Shown here: positions 9,216 to 19,014 of the stretch, one piece after another
Layout: each line of letters opens with the position of its first letter
How positions within the stretch are numbered: the stretch's first letter is position 1
DNA from: Bdellovibrio sp.
GTDB taxonomy: Bacteria; Bdellovibrionota; Bdellovibrionia; Bdellovibrionales; Bdellovibrionaceae
Assembly (NCBI GenBank): GCA_036676395.1
Contig: JAKFCY010000002.1
Location: 2,496,001-2,560,000, forward strand
Direction: 5' to 3'
Length of the DNA stretch: 64,000 bases
The notes under the pieces: model-generated
The model's database searches: none
What the model saw: the letters and a program-made list of their open reading frames with translations, nothing else
What the model was told of the DNA's origin: nothing
Translations under genes and position numbers: made by a program

Positions 9216-10007
9216 ATGAAAAAATATTTACTTCCACTATTAATTCTTACGACAACGGCTTCGGCCCAAGCTTGGCAAGTGCAAACCAACGCCAATGAAA
9301 ATTGGTTACTGCAGCAAAAAGCTAAACCTTCGGTTTACAGTGAAATGAATAAATATTTTATTGAAAATGACCCTTCTAGCAATGCGCTAGGGTATGTGCT
9401 AAGTTTTGTGCCGGCATTACATAAATTAATAGTCGGTGAAACTAAAGCTGCGATCGCATTAAAATTAAGTGCCTCAGGTTGTAATTCGTCGACCGAGGTT
9501 AGCTTTCCTGAAACACTGACAAACCAGCATAATTTTTCGAGTAAAAAAGAATTTGAAGGAAGCTTTTTAAAAGTTCAGTCCTACGCCTGCTTGGGCAAAT
9601 TAAACTTAGATAAAGTTTTTGAAACCCTGATGTCAGAAGCTTTTCAAAGAAAAGCCATTAATGGTTTAAAAGATATTTCTGTAAATCCAAAAGATAACCG
9701 GGCCTGCGTTGAAACTTCGATTTTTGGATTAGGCACTTCACGTTACTGCTTAACTAAGAATGTATTACGCACCAAAAACCAATACATCATCCATTCATTC
9801 AATGAAGAAAATGTTTCTGAGCCATCTGCACCGATTTATTTTAAAGAAACGATCAATGTTCTTACACAATTACCAAATGGCGAAGTCAGTATCTACAATT
9901 TGATGTATGCGCGCGGCCCTGATTTATCATTTCGCAGTATTGTAAAAAGCAAAGCCACCCAACAACAAGAAGCTGTCACTAATATTTTGATTGAAATGGC
10001 TAAGTAG
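9216..10007 (+). CDS. secreted hypothetical protein, paralog 2 of tandem pair
   Basis: Signal peptide AQA|W; shares PSVYxEMNKYF, CLGKLNLD and YARGPDL with paralog 1. Confidence 0.75.
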   Translation: MKKYLLPLLILTTTASAQAWQVQTNANENWLLQQKAKPSVYSEMNKYFIENDPSSNALGYVLSFVPALHKLIVGETKAAIALKLSASGCNSSTEVSFPETLTNQHNFSSKKEFEGSFLKVQSYACLGKLNLDKVFETLMSEAFQRKAINGLKDISVNPKDNRACVETSIFGLGTSRYCLTKNVLRTKNQYIIHSFNEENVSEPSAPIYFKETINVLTQLPNGEVSIYNLMYARGPDLSFRSIVKSKATQQQEAVTNILIEMAK

Positions 10008-10009
10008 TT

Positions 10010-11305
10010 TTATTTTATTTCAAAACCGCGACGAACCAGTTCGACCAGAAATGGCCACTGGTATTCGGCAGCCAGCGCACAATGCATGCCCTTTAAATCC
10101 GTAAATCGCACTTTGTTAAACACACCGGGTTGTTTTTTATTACGGATCAAATCACTATTTAACGTCGACATCACCAGTGGATCATTCGGCGTTACAAAAA
10201 TGTGAATCGGTGTTTGTTCATTCTTATAAAAATTCCAGAACTGATTTAATTCAAATAGCGTCTTACTTTGAGCGACATGGTCTACAAATTCTTGCGGTAA
10301 TTTTAAATCGGGAAATTCTTTGAAATTTTCTAAATTAAAAACTGGTTTTCCCCGCTTAACATTTAAATCACCTAAGGCTTGCGGCATAAACCGGGGGGTT
10401 AAATCAAAGATTGTCTTCCACCACGGAATATCTTCTAACTTTTTATCACGCAAGCGTAAGGCCTGAAGTCTTACACGATTCCAGACATCGGCTGAAGCTG
10501 AAAACAATCCGGGTTTTGCATGCTCTTTGTAAGTTTCATCAAAATTCACCAAAGGACAAAATAATTCAATCGCTTTTAAATCAGCTTTTTTATTTTTTCC
10601 GTTAATCTTTGAATGTTCATCTAAGTAGTTCGCAACAAATGCGCCCGGGCCTGAAAGGCTTAAACCCATCAAATAAATATCAGAAACATCTTTAGCCCAA
10701 GAAATTTTGTTATGTGTGATTAAATTTAAAATATAAAATGTATGTAGGCCTTCTTCGATGCCGCCAATACTGTATTCATCATTTAAAGTTAGATAGCCAT
10801 GACTGGTTAAACTTTCGATGATCAGCAAGTGATAACCTAAATCCTGATAAGCTATGCGCGCTAAAAAACGTTCGGCTAAAACCTCATCGACATTACCGTA
10901 GATGCCCATGCGCACGATAATTAATGGCTTCTTCTGAATAACGCCATTTTCAGCCTGCAAGCCCAAAAGGCCTCGAATTTTCAAACCTGCCTGCGGTTCG
11001 AACTGAATACGTTGAAATTTTGTTTGATCGGTGAAATCAAAAGCCACGTAAAGTTTGCTTAAAAAAGTCTCCCAATACGACAAATTGTAATTTGCTTCAC
11101 ATTTCTCAGGTACGAGCTCTGGTGATGAAAAACTAAGCTTACATTCGCTAGAAACATCTAAAGAGGGTTTCCACCCTTGCGTGGCCATCATTCTTGAGTA
11201 AATCCACTCGGGATAAATCGACAATTTCGGTGTATCATTGATCACCGAATAGACTGCGAAGGCTGGACTAACAGCTATAATCATAGCCACAACAGTTAGA
11301 CGCAT
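10010..11305 (-). CDS. secreted alpha/beta-hydrolase-like protein
   Basis: Signal peptide; LMGLSLSG nucleophile-elbow-like motif, NDPLV Asp, GMHC His. Confidence 0.65.
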   Translation of the reverse strand: MRLTVVAMIIAVSPAFAVYSVINDTPKLSIYPEWIYSRMMATQGWKPSLDVSSECKLSFSSPELVPEKCEANYNLSYWETFLSKLYVAFDFTDQTKFQRIQFEPQAGLKIRGLLGLQAENGVIQKKPLIIVRMGIYGNVDEVLAERFLARIAYQDLGYHLLIIESLTSHGYLTLNDEYSIGGIEEGLHTFYILNLITHNKISWAKDVSDIYLMGLSLSGPGAFVANYLDEHSKINGKNKKADLKAIELFCPLVNFDETYKEHAKPGLFSASADVWNRVRLQALRLRDKKLEDIPWWKTIFDLTPRFMPQALGDLNVKRGKPVFNLENFKEFPDLKLPQEFVDHVAQSKTLFELNQFWNFYKNEQTPIHIFVTPNDPLVMSTLNSDLIRNKKQPGVFNKVRFTDLKGMHCALAAEYQWPFLVELVRRGFEIK

Positions 11306-11392
11306 CAGAGTCACAATTAGAGTTTTAGCTCGACAGTTCATAGAGGTTTTTCTACAATACTCTCATTCAAAAGTCACTTAAGGAGATAGCTC

Positions 11393-12685
11393 ATGGCAGC
11401 TCAAGACAATTTAAATCCGCACGCAGAGTCACATTTACAAGGTCCTTTATTTCAAAATGCTTTAAATACAATTAAAGAAGCAGCGAAATTAATTAACTGC
11501 GATCCAAATATTTTAGAGCGTTTACAACAACCTCGTCGTTGTGTAACGGTTTCAATTCCAACTCGCATGGATGATGGCTCAGTAAAATGTTTTACGGGTT
11601 ACCGCGTTCAGTACAACTCAACATTAGGTCCGTACAAAGGTGGAATTCGTTATCACCAAAACGTAGATCTAGCAGAAGTTGTGGGTTTAGCTGCGTTAAT
11701 GACTTTTAAAAATTCAGTTTTAGGTCTTCCGCTAGGTGGAGCTAAAGGTGGAATATGTGTTGATCCAACTAGATTATCACGCACTGAAAAACAAAACTTA
11801 ACTCGTCGTTACACTTCTGAAATTGCTCCCTTCGTAGGCCCAACAAAAGATATTCCAGCTCCGGATGTGGGTACTGATCCACAAACTATGGCTTGGTTCA
11901 TGGACACTTATTCGCAAGAACAAGGTGGTTATGCACAACCTGGTGTTGTTACTGGCAAACCTGTAGAAATCGGTGGATCTTTAGGTCGTAACCATGCAAC
12001 TGGTTTAGGTGTAATTTACGTTTGTGAACGCGCAATGGAAATGAAAGGCAAATCAATGAACGGAGCTAAAATCGTTATCCAAGGTTTTGGTAACGTAGGT
12101 TCGTTCGCTGCTAAATTTGCTCATGACCGTGGTTCTCGTATCATCGCTGTATCTGATGTTTCTGGTGGTTACTTCAATGGTGACGGCTTAAACGTGCAAG
12201 AAATGATGGATTACGTAAAAGAAAATAAATCTTTAAAAGGTTACACAAAAGCTCACCCAATTTCGAATGCGGAATTATTAGAACTTGAGTGCGATGCTTT
12301 ATTACCATGTGCTTTAGAAGGTCAAATTGACGTTCACAACGCAGAAAAAATCAAAGCTAAATTTATCATCGAAGGTGCAAATGGTCCTGTGACATCTGCA
12401 GCTACGAAGATTTTAGATCAACGCGGTATTCACTTAGTTCCTGATGTTATCGCCAATGGCGGTGGTGTTATCGTTTCTTACTTTGAATGGGTTCAAGATA
12501 TTATGTCATTCTTCTGGGATGAACATGACGTAGATGCAAAACTTAAAGGTGTTATCCTTAAAGCTTTTGATAACGTAAACAAATTCAAAGAAGAGAAAAA
12601 AGTTGATATGCGTTCAGCGGCTTTAGCTGTTTCGATTCAACGTTTAGAAAGAGCGATGTTACTTCGCGGATTGTACCCTCGCTAA
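11393..12685 (+). CDS. gdhA: glutamate dehydrogenase (Glu/Leu/Phe/Val family)
   Basis: GPYKGGIRY, GGAKGG, DIPAPDVGT, QGFGNVG, EGANGP, SYFEWVQ; AGGAG RBS. Confidence 0.93.
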   Translation: MAAQDNLNPHAESHLQGPLFQNALNTIKEAAKLINCDPNILERLQQPRRCVTVSIPTRMDDGSVKCFTGYRVQYNSTLGPYKGGIRYHQNVDLAEVVGLAALMTFKNSVLGLPLGGAKGGICVDPTRLSRTEKQNLTRRYTSEIAPFVGPTKDIPAPDVGTDPQTMAWFMDTYSQEQGGYAQPGVVTGKPVEIGGSLGRNHATGLGVIYVCERAMEMKGKSMNGAKIVIQGFGNVGSFAAKFAHDRGSRIIAVSDVSGGYFNGDGLNVQEMMDYVKENKSLKGYTKAHPISNAELLELECDALLPCALEGQIDVHNAEKIKAKFIIEGANGPVTSAATKILDQRGIHLVPDVIANGGGVIVSYFEWVQDIMSFFWDEHDVDAKLKGVILKAFDNVNKFKEEKKVDMRSAALAVSIQRLERAMLLRGLYPR

Positions 12686-12687
12686 TA

Positions 12688-13722
12688 ATGAGTCTTCGCA
12701 AACCTTGGCTATTTTTACCGTCAAAGTTAGCGCATGATCTAAGCCCCTACGGTTTAGAATTATATTCTCTTTTAAAGGGTTCCGACACCACACCGGTTTG
12801 GAACCCTTTTTCTTTTAAAAATATCATTTTCAAAAATAGATTAGGTATCGCTGGTGGCGTTGATAAAAATGCTGACCATCTTGAAGCTTGGCGCCGTGTC
12901 GGCTGCGGCTTTATTGAAGTTGGTACCGTGACACCACAACCACAAAGCCCAAATCCTGGCGTGATTATGAATCGTGATATTAAGGCAGAGGCTGTGTGGA
13001 ATAAAATGGGCTTTCCGTCAGAGGGTGCCGCCGAAGTTTATTTTAATATTAAAAAATTCAAATCACATGCATCGACTCCGGTATTCGTAAATATCGGCAA
13101 AAACCGCGTCACTGATAATGCTGATGCTCACAAAGACTATTCACAACTGATCACTCATTTTGCTGATGTGGCCGATGCCTTTGTAGTTAATATCTCAAGC
13201 CCGAATACAAAAGGTTTACGTGATTTAGCCTCACGCGAAAACTTTAATGCGTTTATCGCACCCATTCGCAAACACTATGACGAATTGAAGCTATCAAACC
13301 CTTTATTCTTAAAATTAAGCCCTGATTTAGACAGTGAAGGCCAAGAAAACGTTCTTAAAGGCTCAATGGATCATGGTTTTGACGGATTTATTTTAACCAA
13401 TACTACTTTAGATCGCACCCACACCCCAAATTTCCCTGTAGAAGGTGGCGTTTCTGGCAAACCGCTTAAAGAAAAATCAATTCAAGCGTTAATGCAGGCG
13501 AAAAACATTATTCTTAAACAAAATGAGAAAAAATGTCTGATTTCTGTCGGTGGAGTGATGACAGCAGACGATGTTTTTGAAAGAATAAACCTCGGGGCAG
13601 ACTTAGTTCAGGTTTATTCGACCTTAGTTTTTGAAGGCCCAGGTTTTTTTAGAAAGGTCCACAAACTTGCCAAACTCCAACAATCGGGCTCAGAATCCAA
13701 ATCAGATCGCACTACCCGTTAA
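12688..13722 (+). CDS. pyrD: quinone-dependent dihydroorotate dehydrogenase (class 2)
   Basis: AGGVDKNA, GTVTP, NISSPNT, KLSPD, TNTT, GGVSG, VQVYS. Confidence 0.93.
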   Translation: MSLRKPWLFLPSKLAHDLSPYGLELYSLLKGSDTTPVWNPFSFKNIIFKNRLGIAGGVDKNADHLEAWRRVGCGFIEVGTVTPQPQSPNPGVIMNRDIKAEAVWNKMGFPSEGAAEVYFNIKKFKSHASTPVFVNIGKNRVTDNADAHKDYSQLITHFADVADAFVVNISSPNTKGLRDLASRENFNAFIAPIRKHYDELKLSNPLFLKLSPDLDSEGQENVLKGSMDHGFDGFILTNTTLDRTHTPNFPVEGGVSGKPLKEKSIQALMQAKNIILKQNEKKCLISVGGVMTADDVFERINLGADLVQVYSTLVFEGPGFFRKVHKLAKLQQSGSESKSDRTTR

Positions 13723-14143
13723 CGGCAAGAAGACCACTCGTTCTAAAAAGAACTGGATTCCCGTAGTTGCCGGTATCATTAAAAAAAATAATATGATCCT
13801 TGTAGGCCAACGCCCCGAAACTCATACCTTAGGTGGTTTATGGGAATTTCCTGGCGGAAAAATCGAAATGGGCGAATCTCCTGAATACGCTTTACAGCGT
13901 GAATTACGTGAAGAATTAGGCATCGAAGCTGAAATCGGCGATCTAAAAATTGCCTGCACTCATTCGTATGGTGACGTTGGAATTTTAATTTTATTTTATG
14001 AAGTTTTATTCTGGAAAGGCGAACCTAAAGCCCAACATCATACAGGCTTAGACTGGGTTGTGCCTGCCGAGCTTACGAATCGCAATATTCCAGAAGCGAA
14101 TCGTAAAAACTTACCCCGCATTTTTAAGGCGTTTAATCTATGA
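13667..14143 (+). CDS. MutT/NudG-like Nudix hydrolase
   Basis: WEFPGGKIEMGESPEYALQRELREELGI Nudix box; start uncertain (TTG 13667 chosen for the upstream AAGG); overlaps the pyrD end. Confidence 0.85.
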   Translation: MPNSNNRAQNPNQIALPVNGKKTTRSKKNWIPVVAGIIKKNNMILVGQRPETHTLGGLWEFPGGKIEMGESPEYALQRELREELGIEAEIGDLKIACTHSYGDVGILILFYEVLFWKGEPKAQHHTGLDWVVPAELTNRNIPEANRKNLPRIFKAFNL

Positions 14144-15162
14144 AAGTCTTGATCGTTTGTCCGCAAATAAACGATCAGGTGCAATTTCTGGCTTCAGAGC
14201 TAGAAAAAATGAGCCTTCATATTGAAATTACAGATAGTGTTCACCCCTTACGTTTAGTTTTAAATAAATATGATTTAATTCATTTTATTCATAACGATCC
14301 AAACATTAATTTAAAAACGGTCTTGTCGGCTTGGTCGGCCAAAGCTTTAGGTGCAGCCACCCTACTTACAACTTACTGTCGTTTAGAACCAGGTTTGCTG
14401 CAGGATTTTGAATTTAATTTTTTTGATGCAATCACTTTGCCGTATATTTCTGAACTTAAAAAAATGCGTTTTTACCGTGGGCAAAAGTTAATTTTACCTT
14501 CGTTTCCGGCCAACAACATTGTGGCTAAAAAAGATTTTTCAAATGAAGTGGCGCAATTTATTTTTCCGGTATTAAAAAGTTTTGATGACCTGCTAAAAAT
14601 TAATTTTCAGGCACTGCCTTCCTTAAAAGAACATCAGGGTCTTTATGTTGATGCGCACTTATTGCGTTCAAAAAAAGAAGGCGGCCAAAGTTCAATGGTC
14701 AGAAAAAACTGGTCAGCTTTTGTTCAAAAAAATCCCCAGTTTAGCAATTTTAAATTATTCACTGAACTGACAACATTAAATGAAGTTTTAGATGAAAATT
14801 CTTCGTACACGTTTATTCATCATTTAGATTTATCCAGCGAACAAGTTGCTTTTTGGATTGAATCAGCTTTAATTTATAATAACTTTTTAATTCTGCACGA
14901 AGACCAAGGCACAGGCTTTGCCAACTTCTGGAAAACCGAAAAAAATTGTTTTATTTATTCACCGCGTGTATCAAGCGCTATACAACTTCATGCTATCGAT
15001 CAGTTTATTTCAAAACAAATTGTCGAACAAAAAAGTCCAGCTAAACTTAGCTTCGATTTTAAAAGCTCTTTAGATGTAAAACTGAATGAGCTAGCTAGAC
15101 TTTACACCAAAATCGTTTCGCAAAGGGCTTCCTTAATCCACCCGAGATCCGCTAAACTATAG
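14140..15162 (+). CDS. hypothetical protein, possibly a degenerate GT-B glycosyltransferase
   Basis: MKVLIV...YDLIHF N-terminus resembles the GT4 N-domain; coupled to mutT and the next GT4. Confidence 0.55.
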   Translation: MKVLIVCPQINDQVQFLASELEKMSLHIEITDSVHPLRLVLNKYDLIHFIHNDPNINLKTVLSAWSAKALGAATLLTTYCRLEPGLLQDFEFNFFDAITLPYISELKKMRFYRGQKLILPSFPANNIVAKKDFSNEVAQFIFPVLKSFDDLLKINFQALPSLKEHQGLYVDAHLLRSKKEGGQSSMVRKNWSAFVQKNPQFSNFKLFTELTTLNEVLDENSSYTFIHHLDLSSEQVAFWIESALIYNNFLILHEDQGTGFANFWKTEKNCFIYSPRVSSAIQLHAIDQFISKQIVEQKSPAKLSFDFKSSLDVKLNELARLYTKIVSQRASLIHPRSAKL

Positions 15163-15164
15163 CT

Positions 15165-16448
15165 ATGGAAAAACTAAGAATCTGCCTCATTGGTCAAAAA
15201 ATCCAAGTGCAAAGCCGCTCTTCGGACACAGGATTACTTTGGCCTTTAGCGCGTGGACTTTCAAAAAAAGGTCACGAAGTAACGATTCTTTCATCGACGA
15301 CTCCGTTAAAAAAATCTGAAATTTATCGCGATGGCGTGCGCGCTTATTACCTATTCGAAGGTGCTTCGCACTATAAAACGCAGCGTTTTGTCGATGCGGT
15401 TCATAAAAAATTTACTTCACTTCACTTAGATAAACCTTTTGATATTGTTCACTGCTTAGATGACGGCGGTTACAAAATTGGCCGTCATAAGAATAACTTT
15501 AAAACTTGTGTGGCTTACGACGTACAGGCCACTACGATGTCTGATCTATTTTCAACACTAGCTGAAAATGACGGAAGCTTACAATCGCAATTTAAAACTT
15601 CAATTAAATTAGGTTATCGCTTTATTCATAACTTTTTTGCAAAAGACAGATCACTCCTTGATACTGCTGATGGGATATTTGTTACGACTCCCCAACAGCG
15701 CACGATTTTAGAAAGATATTTTTTATATCCTGATTATCATACTTACACTGTTCCGTACGGGATTAATTTAGGGGATTTAGCGCCCCGCCAAGAATCTGCG
15801 AATTTTAAATTAAAAATGCAGATTCCTGAAGAGGCTCAAATTATTTTAGCTGTTTCAGATTTTTCAAATGCACTAGAGCTTCGCCCGCTCTTAAAAGCGT
15901 TTGAAAAAATCATTATGAAAAATTCGAACGTTTATTTATTTTTAGTGGGCGATGGCCCACGCTGGAAAGACGTTGAGTACGACATGCTCAAATTAGTCTT
16001 AGGCAGTCGCGTGATCATGACCGGATCAATGACCGCCGAAGACCTGTTAGAATGTATTGCGGCCTCTAGTATTTATGTTGATTTAAGCTCAAGATCGACG
16101 GGTCTAGAACCCAGTTTGATCGAGGCCATGGCTCAGAAAAAAATCGTAGTGGGTTCAGAACTTAGCCCGATTGCTGAAATTATCGAAGACGGACTTGATG
16201 GATATCTAGTCAGACCAGCCGATGATCTAAATATTGCTCAATTATTAGAGAAAGTTCTGAACGAACAAGATGCTTTTGCGCTTATTGGAGAGGCAGCCCG
16301 GGATAAAGTATTGAAGTTTTTCAACCGTGAAAAGATGATTGATGCTTTATTGGCAGCCTATTTCCAAATAATCGAAAAATCGCCCTATTTTAAGCGCCGC
16401 AAAAAGATCGCTGGGCCTTTGCAAAGTCTATTTGCAAAAGACAAATAA
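15165..16448 (+). CDS. GT4-family glycosyltransferase
   Basis: GHEVTIL, FDIVH, VPYGI, VGDGP, LIEAMA, EIIEDGLDG. Confidence 0.88.
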   Translation: MEKLRICLIGQKIQVQSRSSDTGLLWPLARGLSKKGHEVTILSSTTPLKKSEIYRDGVRAYYLFEGASHYKTQRFVDAVHKKFTSLHLDKPFDIVHCLDDGGYKIGRHKNNFKTCVAYDVQATTMSDLFSTLAENDGSLQSQFKTSIKLGYRFIHNFFAKDRSLLDTADGIFVTTPQQRTILERYFLYPDYHTYTVPYGINLGDLAPRQESANFKLKMQIPEEAQIILAVSDFSNALELRPLLKAFEKIIMKNSNVYLFLVGDGPRWKDVEYDMLKLVLGSRVIMTGSMTAEDLLECIAASSIYVDLSSRSTGLEPSLIEAMAQKKIVVGSELSPIAEIIEDGLDGYLVRPADDLNIAQLLEKVLNEQDAFALIGEAARDKVLKFFNREKMIDALLAAYFQIIEKSPYFKRRKKIAGPLQSLFAKDK

Positions 16449-16488
16449 CCAGCCATAATATCAGTAGTTTCGATAACTTAGAGGCCCT

Positions 16489-16764
16489 ATGACTAAAGCT
16501 GATCTGATCAATCTTGTTTCTGATAAAGCCGGCATTACTCGCGTAAAAGCAGAGGCCGTTGTGAATACTATTTTTGATACTATGGTTGAAGCTTTAATGA
16601 AAGATGACCGTATCGAAATTCGTGGTTTTGGATCATTTGTAAATCGTGAATATGATTCTTACAAAGGCCGCAATCCAAGAACCGGCGAAGTGATTTCTGT
16701 CGATGAAAAGAAATTACCGTTTTTCAAAGTCGGCAAAGAACTAAAAGAATCTTTAAATAAATAA
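16489..16764 (+). CDS. HU/IHF-family DNA-binding protein (IHF-beta-like)
   Basis: MTKADLI, IEIRGFGSF, GRNPRTGE, PFFKVGKELKE. Confidence 0.93.
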   Translation: MTKADLINLVSDKAGITRVKAEAVVNTIFDTMVEALMKDDRIEIRGFGSFVNREYDSYKGRNPRTGEVISVDEKKLPFFKVGKELKESLNK

Positions 16765-16787
16765 TGTCTATTTGCTTACAGCAAAAT

Positions 16788-16820
16788 AAAAAAAGCGAGG
16801 AAGGAACCTCGCTTTTTTTT
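16788..16820. terminator. bidirectional intrinsic terminator
   Basis: A7-GCGAGG-aaggaa-CCTCGC-T8 between convergent IHF and flagellin genes. Confidence 0.9.
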
Positions 16821-16845
16821 TAAGTTCTAACTATCTAACTAACGA

Positions 16846-17679
16846 TTAACCAATAAGTTTTAAAGCTAAATTCGGTTGCATATTAGCTTGTGATAACACT
16901 GAAGTCGTACCTTGTAATAATACAGAGTTACGAGCTAAATCAGAAGTTGTCTGAGCGATATCCGCATCACGTAGACGTGAATTTGCTGCACTCATTGATT
17001 CAGACATTGTACCGATAACATCTACTGTTGAAGTTAAACGATTTTGTAATGAACCTAAGTTTGCGCGCGAACCAGAAACCGCTAATTGAGCATTATCTAA
17101 AGCTGATAAACCATCACGAGCGCCGTCTTTAGTTGTGAAATCTAAGGCCCCGATGCCCAAGTGATCAATCGTTACATTTGTATTTGAAGCATCATAACCA
17201 ATCCAGTCAGTTGCTGCATTTGCAGATGTACCTACATGGATATCATATGTTCCACCAGTGCCATCTAATAATTTACGCGAACCGAAAGTTGTTGATTCAG
17301 CCACACGCTGAACCTCTGCCTTAAGAGCATCAACCTCAGATTGCACGAAACCACGTTCTTGATCGCCAATCGTATCAGAAGAAGCTTGGATACCTAATTC
17401 ACGGATACGAGTTAAAATATTTGATACTTCACCCATAGATTGCTCTGCCGTCTGAATCATCGAGATACCATCATTAGCATTTCGTGAAGCTTGTCCGTAT
17501 GAACGGATTGTTGATTTTAAATTTTCAGAGATCGCTAAGCCTGCAGCATCGTCTCCCGCTTTAGTGATACGAGAACCAGTTGATAATTGCGCCATTGATT
17601 TTTGCATCTCACGAGTATTTACACCCATTGTTTTTTGTGCGTTGATCGATGCCACGTTTGTCGAAATTCTTAAACCCAT
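16846..17679 (-). CDS. fliC: flagellin (short, 277 aa, D0/D1 only)
   Basis: MGLRISTNVAS, LSTGSRI, DDAAGLAISE, ANDGISMIQTAE, RANLGSLQNRL, QANMQP. Confidence 0.96.
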   Translation of the reverse strand: MGLRISTNVASINAQKTMGVNTREMQKSMAQLSTGSRITKAGDDAAGLAISENLKSTIRSYGQASRNANDGISMIQTAEQSMGEVSNILTRIRELGIQASSDTIGDQERGFVQSEVDALKAEVQRVAESTTFGSRKLLDGTGGTYDIHVGTSANAATDWIGYDASNTNVTIDHLGIGALDFTTKDGARDGLSALDNAQLAVSGSRANLGSLQNRLTSTVDVIGTMSESMSAANSRLRDADIAQTTSDLARNSVLLQGTTSVLSQANMQPNLALKLIG

Positions 17680-17842
17680 TGTCTTAACCTTTGCATGAAC
17701 TACTTTGTAGTTCTGTTGTACGTAATTGGTGACCCTGCACTTAGTACTTTGAATTGTTCATCATCGAATTTCTTAAAACAGTCACATCTTAAGAGTTCTC
17801 CGAACAAGACTTTCGTAAGTCTCGAATCGTTTTGTTACTTAC

Positions 17843-17869
17843 CTTTCGGCTAGTCTAGGAAGCACTTTA
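17843..17869 (-). promoter_or_regulatory. sigma28 (FliA) promoter of flagellin
   Basis: Minus strand reads TAAA-N15-GCCGAAAG, about 160 nt upstream of the ATG. Confidence 0.85.
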
Positions 17870-17996
17870 GTCTGGTCGAGTTAAACTAGACCATGGTCGT
17901 AGTCGAACTAGACTTAAGTGTTGAAATTAGGACCAAGAACTAGGTTTTTACTAAACCTTAGTCTAGGTAGGTTATTTGAAATTTTAGAAATAAAAT

Positions 17997-18920
17997 TTAT
18001 TTTGGAGCTTGGCCCCATTGAGCCATAACTGGAGTAATCCAACTCTCTAGATAGTGATACACAACAACAGTTCTTGCACCGTTATTACATAGATCACCTG
18101 AGGTATCATCCTGACCAATAAAAACTTCTGAATTGACGGCGGCGATGACTAATTCACCATTATCATCCATCAACACGGCGCCACCAGAATCACCGCTGCA
18201 TAAGCCCGGTCCATCTTTTTGGCCAAAAATTAAATTCTTATTAATAAAGTATGAATTTGGATCATCGTCGGCGAATTTGCGCTTCACGGTAGCTTTACGC
18301 AATAACAATGAATCTTTTTGAAAAGTTCCAGTAATACCAAAACCATATAAGAATAATTCTGAAGTTAAAGCTTCAGGTGCTTTAGAAATTCTAAAGATCG
18401 GAAAACTAGCCGGTGCCGGACGTGATAAATGCACTAAACCTAAATCGTTATTATCATCAAGAACTGTTGAGCCCTCGACGATATCTGTATATTCAGGATG
18501 AAAAATCATTTTATCTACAGGAATTGCATGTTGCGTGCGTTTGTAACCGCTACCGCAAGAAACATCTGTGTAGAACACCGCTTGCATTTTTACGGCATCA
18601 TTTACACAATGTGCGGCAGTTAATAATGTCTGATTATCAATTAATGATGATGAACAAAGATGTTGTTCACCGTTTTTGTCTTCCCAGATTAATAGGACTG
18701 AACGAGTTGCATCTGGATCAGATTGTTTTACAACTTGGCCGTTAACAATACCGGCCCGTTGTCCTGGATTACACTCTGCTGAAAAATAATCGAATCCCTG
18801 TTCTTGTAAATCTGAATCAGTGGCCTGCGCTCTTTTTTGTTCAGCGCAGGCACTGATCATGACCACCAGAATAAGCAAACTTAAAGTTCCCCAACCCTTT
18901 TGCTTATTTGATGTCCCCAT
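17997..18920 (-). CDS. trypsin-like (S1) serine protease, lipoprotein
   Basis: Lipobox ISAC; IVNG mature N-terminus, LTAAHC, NDLGL, GDSGG. Confidence 0.92.
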   Translation of the reverse strand: MGTSNKQKGWGTLSLLILVVMISACAEQKRAQATDSDLQEQGFDYFSAECNPGQRAGIVNGQVVKQSDPDATRSVLLIWEDKNGEQHLCSSSLIDNQTLLTAAHCVNDAVKMQAVFYTDVSCGSGYKRTQHAIPVDKMIFHPEYTDIVEGSTVLDDNNDLGLVHLSRPAPASFPIFRISKAPEALTSELFLYGFGITGTFQKDSLLLRKATVKRKFADDDPNSYFINKNLIFGQKDGPGLCSGDSGGAVLMDDNGELVIAAVNSEVFIGQDDTSGDLCNNGARTVVVYHYLESWITPVMAQWGQAPK

Positions 18921-19014
18921 ATCATAACCCCATGACGTATCTTTAACCGTCTTTTAATAACTCTTGTGGAACTACTTTTAGCGACAATTTCAGTCACTTT
19001 CCACTACAATGTGA

